The position numbers were made by a program, and so were the translations under genes. Under the pieces are notes generated by a model. The model was not told the origin of the DNA and ran no database searches. It saw nothing but the letters and a program-made list of their open reading frames with translations. From Tubiluchus corallicola (lineage: Eukaryota > Animalia > Priapulida), in contig JAQGDQ010000028.1 of NCBI GenBank assembly GCA_030141605.1, forward strand, positions 186,001 through 250,000: a stretch of 64,000 nt of DNA, given 5' to 3'. Position 1 is the first letter of the stretch; each line of letters starts with the position of its first letter. Below, piece by piece: positions 63,077-64,000 of this stretch.

Positions 63077-64000
63077 TATATATATAATTATTTAGCAAAT
63101 ACAAGCTTGCAATTGTATTTGATGCTGCAAATAATTTCATTATCGTATTCACTTATTAAATAAAACACCTATCACTAACATACATAAGTACTGAAAATAT
63201 ACTGGTACAAATATGTAATGAAAATATACTAACTGGCTACTTAAGTAAAAGTAAGTTAATATTCCTAAATCTAATAATTGAAGTAACACTGTGAAGTGTC
63301 TGATGCCCTTTTGCAAAAAAAAATTGTATCCTAACTAATTACCTAACATGGATTCTACATGGATTTAACATAATACACGGTATTGACAAAACATGTAGAT
63401 TGGTCACATTACAAGATGTTAATCATGTAACAAAAACAACAGACTAGAGGGTATTCTCATAAACTAATCAGAGCCAGAAAATCTTACAAATGTCACTTGG
63501 AGGGAATACCTAGCCAAGAGACAATTCTAGACACAAGCAGCCACAGAGCCCCAACAAAAATTTGAAAAGTTGTACTTCTAAAATGTCATTTTCTCATTTC
63601 CATTGGCAATACAGTTGCTATTTTCAAACAATTAAGTTACTGTTACATATTCACTCATAGTATTAATTAGTAGTCTATATACGCACCAAGCACACATGGA
63701 GTTAAGTGATTTAAAAATGTGATGCTTAGCAAGATAATTTTATACTTATATACTTAAGTAACCAGTTAATGCATTTTCATTACGTATTTGTACCAGTGCT
63801 ACTTTTATAGTGAGTGACGAACATTGTATAATTAATCTAGCATCAATAGGCTTGTTAAGTTTTTAACACTATTGCTAAATTTTTGTGTTTGCATGTAGCA
63901 TAATTACTAATTATGTATTAAATTGTTTGGTAAATTTTAGAAAACCTCGTCTTACGGCTCAAAATTTTTTGTCAAAACCAGGACGCCAGTTGCGAGTGAT

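Overview
AT-rich eukaryotic (invertebrate animal) genomic DNA with spliceosomal introns. Most ORF-track entries are spurious or exon fragments, so I rebuilt gene models by hand from splice sites and reading-frame phase. Three genes are present. (1) A + strand gene of at least 37 coding exons (2858-38638, about 2,440 codons; start/signal-peptide exon not found) encoding a Kielin/chordin-like (KCP/Crossveinless-2 family) protein: coiled-coil+CxC, about 24 VWC repeats, VWD with GDPH, C8, TIL. An in-frame cassette of EGF, Kunitz, short VWC, tyrosinase-fold domain and a 6-Cys module sits between the coiled coil and the VWC array. The tyrosinase domain keeps only 3 of the 6 copper histidines at canonical positions, so it is a probable pseudo-enzyme. 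This fusion is the most striking observation. (2) A CDK4/6 orthologue with an intronless CDS on the - strand (44308-45273). (3) A 12-exon purple acid phosphatase (ACP7-like, 438 aa) on the + strand (46207-60750), head-to-head with the CDK. It has a 26-nt micro-exon carrying two metal ligands and a GC-AG intron. Introns contain several non-autonomous hAT and Tigger/pogo-type elements, a rearranged tRNA-derived SINE, a LINE 3' fragment, a 13 x 59-bp minisatellite and microsatellites. No database searches were run, so novelty claims are provisional.
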